From: Desulfomicrobium sp. | GTDB taxonomy: Bacteria; Desulfobacterota; Desulfovibrionia; Desulfovibrionales; Desulfomicrobiaceae | Direction: 5' to 3' | Length of the DNA: 64,000 nucleotides | Assembly (NCBI GenBank): GCA_040768745.1 | Contig: JAXGMI010000001.1 | Span: forward strand, 64,001 to 128,000 | In this document: piece after piece, positions 59,893-64,000 of the stretch | Layout: each line of letters starts with the position of its first letter | Numbering within the stretch: position 1 is the stretch's first letter | Notes under the pieces: generated by a model | The model's database searches: none | Told to the model about the DNA's origin: nothing | What the model saw: only the letters and a program-made list of their open reading frames with translations | Translations under genes and position numbers: made by a program

Positions 59893-61083
59893 ATGACACC
59901 ATCGCTCTGGACTGTCCTTTTGGCTGCAGGACACGGCTCGCGTCTGGCCCGGGCCACGGGAAACACCCGCAAACAATTCCTGCATTTCAAGGAAGCCCCG
60001 CTCTATTGGCAAAGCGTACTGACCATGGCCGCGGTTCCGAACCTTTCGGGCATTGTGGTCGTCTTCCCCGGCGAGGAGCTGACAGATCGGACTCGAGAAC
60101 TGGAGTCCCTCAAGAGGCGAAGTCTCCTGGGCCTGCGCATCGTGTCCGTGGCGGGCGGTTTGCGGCGCCAAGATTCAGTCCGCCAGGGGCTGGCCTCTCT
60201 GCCCGCAGACTGCGACCATGTCCTAGTGCACGACTGCGCCAGACCCTTTTTCTCCGCGGGACTGGTGCGCAATCTTCAGGATGGCCTCAGCCATGAGGTG
60301 CAGGGGGTCGTCCCCGCCATCCCGGTCACGGACACCATCAAGGAATGCCAGGGGGATGTGGTCCGCACAACTCTGGACCGCTCCCGACTGGCTGCGGTGC
60401 AGACGCCCCAACTCTTCCCCGCCCGCCTGCTGCGGCAGGTTCACGACCAGGCCCTGCGCGAAGATTGGCAGGTCACCGACGACGCCAGCATGATCGAGCG
60501 TGCCGGATTCCTGGTCCGCATCGTTCCCGGAGAGAGGGACAACATCAAAATCACCACCCCGGAGGACCTGCGCGTGCTCGCCACCCCATCGATTCCGCCC
60601 GTGCCCTGCACGGGACTTGGCTACGACGTCCATGCCTACGGCGGTAACCGGCCCCTGGTCCTGGGCGGCATACCCATCGCCGGAGCGCCCAACGTCAAGG
60701 CCCATTCCGACGGCGATGTGCTCCTGCATGCCCTGTGTGACGCCATCCTGAGCTGCCTGGGTGCGGGAGACATTGGCGATCATTTTCCGGACACCGAGGA
60801 CCGCTTCGAAAACATCGCTTCTGGCATTCTCCTGTCCGAAGTCATGGACCTGGCCCGAGCATCGGCACTTGTCGTCCATCACGTTGACCTGACCATCATC
60901 GCCCAGACGCCCCGCCTGTCCCCGCACAAGGCCGCCATCCGCTCCAACGTGGCCCGGCTCATGGAAATTGAAGACCGGCAGGTCAACGTCAAGGCCACGA
61001 CTGAGGAACATCTCGGATTCACCGGCCGCAGGGAAGGAATCAAGGCCGTGGCCGTGGTCACTGCCGCGAGGGTGCAGGGATGA
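59893..61083 (+). CDS. ispDF: Bifunctional IspD/IspF
   Basis: AAGHGSR, RQDSV, VHDCARP, KITTPED; GYDVH, HSDGDVLLHA, KATTEE. Confidence 0.94.
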   Translation: MTPSLWTVLLAAGHGSRLARATGNTRKQFLHFKEAPLYWQSVLTMAAVPNLSGIVVVFPGEELTDRTRELESLKRRSLLGLRIVSVAGGLRRQDSVRQGLASLPADCDHVLVHDCARPFFSAGLVRNLQDGLSHEVQGVVPAIPVTDTIKECQGDVVRTTLDRSRLAAVQTPQLFPARLLRQVHDQALREDWQVTDDASMIERAGFLVRIVPGERDNIKITTPEDLRVLATPSIPPVPCTGLGYDVHAYGGNRPLVLGGIPIAGAPNVKAHSDGDVLLHALCDAILSCLGAGDIGDHFPDTEDRFENIASGILLSEVMDLARASALVVHHVDLTIIAQTPRLSPHKAAIRSNVARLMEIEDRQVNVKATTEEHLGFTGRREGIKAVAVVTAARVQG

Positions 61084-62540
61084 TCAACTTCAGGACCGGC
61101 GGTCCATGGATCACCCGCTTCGCCCCCAGCCCCACGGGCGTCCTGCACCTGGGGAATGCGCGCACGGCCGCTCTCAATTTTCTGCTGGCCCGGCAAAGCG
61201 GCGGCAAATTCCTCCTCCGCCTGGAAGACACGGATCAGGAGCGTTCCACTTTCGCCTCAGAGGCGGCCATCCTGTGGTCCCTGGCCTGGATGGGACTGAC
61301 CCCGGACGAACCGGTCCGACGCCAGAGCCTGGGCCTGCAGCGTTATGCCGGGGCCGTGCGAATCCTGGTGGAACACAATCTGGCCTATCCCTGCTTCTGC
61401 ACCGAAACGGAACTGCAGCAGGAACGCGAGGCTGCCGCACAGGCTGGCCTGCCCCCCCGCTACAGCGGGCGATGCGCCGCCCTTTCCCCGGACGAGTGCG
61501 CCGCACGCCTGGCCCGCGGCGATACCCACTCCATCCGCTTTCGCAACACCCGCCAGACAGACATTCATTTTACAGACCTGATCAAGGGCCAGATCACCGT
61601 CCCGGCCACCGCCTTCGGAGACTTCGTGTTGCTCCGCTCCAGCGGCTGGCCCAGTTACAACCTGGCCGTGGTTGTGGACGACATAGACATGGGCGTCAAC
61701 CTGGTCCTGCGCGGTGAGGACCACCTGACCAACACGGCCCGCCAGATCCTCTTGTACTCGGCCTTCGAGAGCCCCCCCCCTGTTTTCGCCCACCACGGTC
61801 TGCTGGTGGATTCCGAGGGCAAAAAGCTGTCCAAGCGCAGCGGGGCCCTGAGCATCCCCGAATGCATGGACACGGGTCTGGAGCCTTTGGCCCTGGTGCA
61901 GTACCTGGCCTCCCTGTCCGGGGCCCTGCCGACGAAACATCTTTTCACCTCCCTGGAGGACATGGCCCGATCCTTCAACCCCTTCGCCCTGGGGCGGGGC
62001 AACGCGATCATGAACTTCGAGGAACTCCACAATCTCAGTGCCCGATACTTCCGCGCGACCGCCCCCCGCACCCTCGTCAGCGCCGTGAGCGGCACCCTGC
62101 CCCCCACGGACCCTTGGCACGATCTTGAGGATGAAATCCGCTGCGACCTGGTGTCCAATCTGCGCGACAATGCGACCACACTGCGGGAATTGTGCAACCT
62201 GCTGCCGCATTTCACAACCGATCGAACCTGCTACACCCCGGCATCCCTGACTGAGATCATCGCCAACACCGCGGTTCTTTCCGCCCTGAACCAGGCCTTG
62301 GACGAACACGATCCCGCATCCCGTCTGGACAAATCCATGGTCACCACCGTGCTGCACAGGACCAGCGAGCAGACGGGATCCAGGGGGCGCGCCCTCTACC
62401 ACCCTATCCGGCTGGCCTTGACTGGCCAGGAGTCCGGCCCGGAACTGCTCTCCCTGCTGTCCCTGATGCCGGTCGGACGCATCAAGCAAAGGGTGCGTGA
62501 AATTGTCACCATTCTGTCCCATTGCAATCACAAGGAATAA
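61080..62540 (+). CDS. gltX: Glutamate--tRNA ligase
   Basis: RFAPSPTG, HLGN, RGEDH, KLSKR, anticodon-binding RLALTG..SGP. Confidence 0.9.
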   Translation: MINFRTGGPWITRFAPSPTGVLHLGNARTAALNFLLARQSGGKFLLRLEDTDQERSTFASEAAILWSLAWMGLTPDEPVRRQSLGLQRYAGAVRILVEHNLAYPCFCTETELQQEREAAAQAGLPPRYSGRCAALSPDECAARLARGDTHSIRFRNTRQTDIHFTDLIKGQITVPATAFGDFVLLRSSGWPSYNLAVVVDDIDMGVNLVLRGEDHLTNTARQILLYSAFESPPPVFAHHGLLVDSEGKKLSKRSGALSIPECMDTGLEPLALVQYLASLSGALPTKHLFTSLEDMARSFNPFALGRGNAIMNFEELHNLSARYFRATAPRTLVSAVSGTLPPTDPWHDLEDEIRCDLVSNLRDNATTLRELCNLLPHFTTDRTCYTPASLTEIIANTAVLSALNQALDEHDPASRLDKSMVTTVLHRTSEQTGSRGRALYHPIRLALTGQESGPELLSLLSLMPVGRIKQRVREIVTILSHCNHKE

Positions 62541-62542
62541 GC

Positions 62543-64000
62543 ATGCAGATTTTCAACAGCCTCTCCAGGAAAAAGGAAGAGTTCGTTCCCCGGACGCCGG
62601 GCAAGGTCTCCCTGTACGTCTGCGGTATCACCGCCTACGACTACTGTCACATCGGACACGCCCGCTCGGCAGTGGTCTTCGACGTTCTGGTCCGCTACTT
62701 GCGTTATCAGGGCATGCAGGTCACCTTTGTCCGCAACTTCACTGACGTGGACGACAAGATCATCAACCGCGCCCACCGCGAGGGTTCGAGCTCCGAATCC
62801 ATTGCCCGTACCTATATCGACGCCTTCTACGAGGACATGGACCGCTTGGGCATACTGCGGGCCGATATCGAACCCAAGGCCACGGAGCATATCGAGGACA
62901 TGATCGCCCTGTGCGAAAACCTCATCGCCAGGGGGCATGCCTACGCCACTCCCGGCGGGGATGTCTATTTCCGGGTCCGCTCCTACGCGAAGTACGGCCA
63001 GCTCTCGGGACGCAACATCGAGGAGCTCATGTCCGGCGCCCGCATCGAACCTGGGGAGGAGAAAGAGGACCCCCTTGACTTTGCCCTGTGGAAAGGGGCC
63101 AAGCCAGGCGAGCCATCCTGGGCCAGCCCCTGGGGGCACGGTCGTCCGGGCTGGCACATCGAGTGTTCAGCCATGAGCGAGCGCTACCTGCCTCTGCCCT
63201 TCGACATCCACGGCGGTGGCCAGGACCTGGCCTTTCCGCACCACGAAAACGAACGGGCCCAGACCGAGGCGGCCACGGACCAGGAGTTCGTGCGCTACTG
63301 GGTGCACAACGGGTTCGTGCAGATCAACTCGGAGAAAATGTCCAAATCCCTGAATAATTTTGTAACCATCCGCGACATCCTGGCCAACTATCTGCCCGAG
63401 GTGCTGCGCTTCTTCCTCATCACCAAGCACTACCGCAGCCCCCTGGACTACACTGTTGACGCCCTGGAGGAAACCGAGCGCGCCTTGAAGCGCATCTACC
63501 TGACCAAGGCTGCGGCCGAGGCGCACGTCAGCGGGGCCACATGGAACTCCACCGCGCTCCCGGCCGAGGTCGTGGCCGAGGCTGCATCCCTGGAAGCCAA
63601 ATGGGACGAGGCCATGGCTGACGACATGAACACGGCCGCTGCCCTGGGCCATGTCTTCGGGCTGATGAAGATCGTCAACCGTATCCTTGACGACAAGACC
63701 TTCAAGAAATCCGATGCCGGTCGAGACCTGATCAGCCGCGCCCTGCACCTCCTGGATCGCTGGGGCAGGGTCCTGGGACTTTTCCAGATGGACAGCGCAG
63801 AGTTCCTTGCCCGGTTGAAGGAAAGCCGGATCAAACGCCGCACCATCGACACCGCCATGGTCGAAACAAAACTGGCAGAACGTCTGGAGGCGAGGGTTAG
63901 CAAGGATTTTGCGCGCTCCGACGCCATCCGCCAGGAACTCCTGGCCCTGGGAGTGACCATCCAGGACACACCCTCGGGCTCCCAGTGGGACGTGGAATAG
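62543..64000 (+). CDS. cysS: Cysteine--tRNA ligase
   Basis: [34 protein letters not shown]; stop TAG at window end. Confidence 0.96.
   Translation: MQIFNSLSRKKEEFVPRTPGKVSLYVCGITAYDYCHIGHARSAVVFDVLVRYLRYQGMQVTFVRNFTDVDDKIINRAHREGSSSESIARTYIDAFYEDMDRLGILRADIEPKATEHIEDMIALCENLIARGHAYATPGGDVYFRVRSYAKYGQLSGRNIEELMSGARIEPGEEKEDPLDFALWKGAKPGEPSWASPWGHGRPGWHIECSAMSERYLPLPFDIHGGGQDLAFPHHENERAQTEAATDQEFVRYWVHNGFVQINSEKMSKSLNNFVTIRDILANYLPEVLRFFLITKHYRSPLDYTVDALEETERALKRIYLTKAAAEAHVSGATWNSTALPAEVVAEAASLEAKWDEAMADDMNTAAALGHVFGLMKIVNRILDDKTFKKSDAGRDLISRALHLLDRWGRVLGLFQMDSAEFLARLKESRIKRRTIDTAMVETKLAERLEARVSKDFARSDAIRQELLALGVTIQDTPSGSQWDVE

Overview
Chromosomal window from a GC-rich sulfate-reducing deltaproteobacterium; gene content suggests a Desulfomicrobium/Desulfovibrio-like organism (inference). 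The backbone carries cell-wall genes (ycbK-like, L,D-transpeptidase, DD-carboxypeptidase), ybaK, a dhcA-rnfCDGEAB-apbE operon, ACT/DUF711, purT, divergent [NiFeSe] and [NiFe] hydrogenase operons (the former with a UGA-encoded selenocysteine and SECIS-like hairpin), an Lld-type lactate dehydrogenase, transporters, L-serine dehydratase, two tRNAs, rnpB, ispDF, gltX and cysS. Accessory DNA: (i) an intact IS1182-family element that duplicated a 19-bp terminator hairpin; (ii) a ~10.2-kb decayed island at the 3' end of a CAT-anticodon tRNA, bounded by a 17-bp direct repeat. The island carries a GSU2403-like nucleotidyltransferase, a MerR + VIT-vWA pair, ISL3 and IS3 remnants, and a membrane NERD gene split by a RAYT-like HUH transposase element with perfect 24-bp inverted repeats. 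All calls come from motif recognition by eye; no database searches were run.
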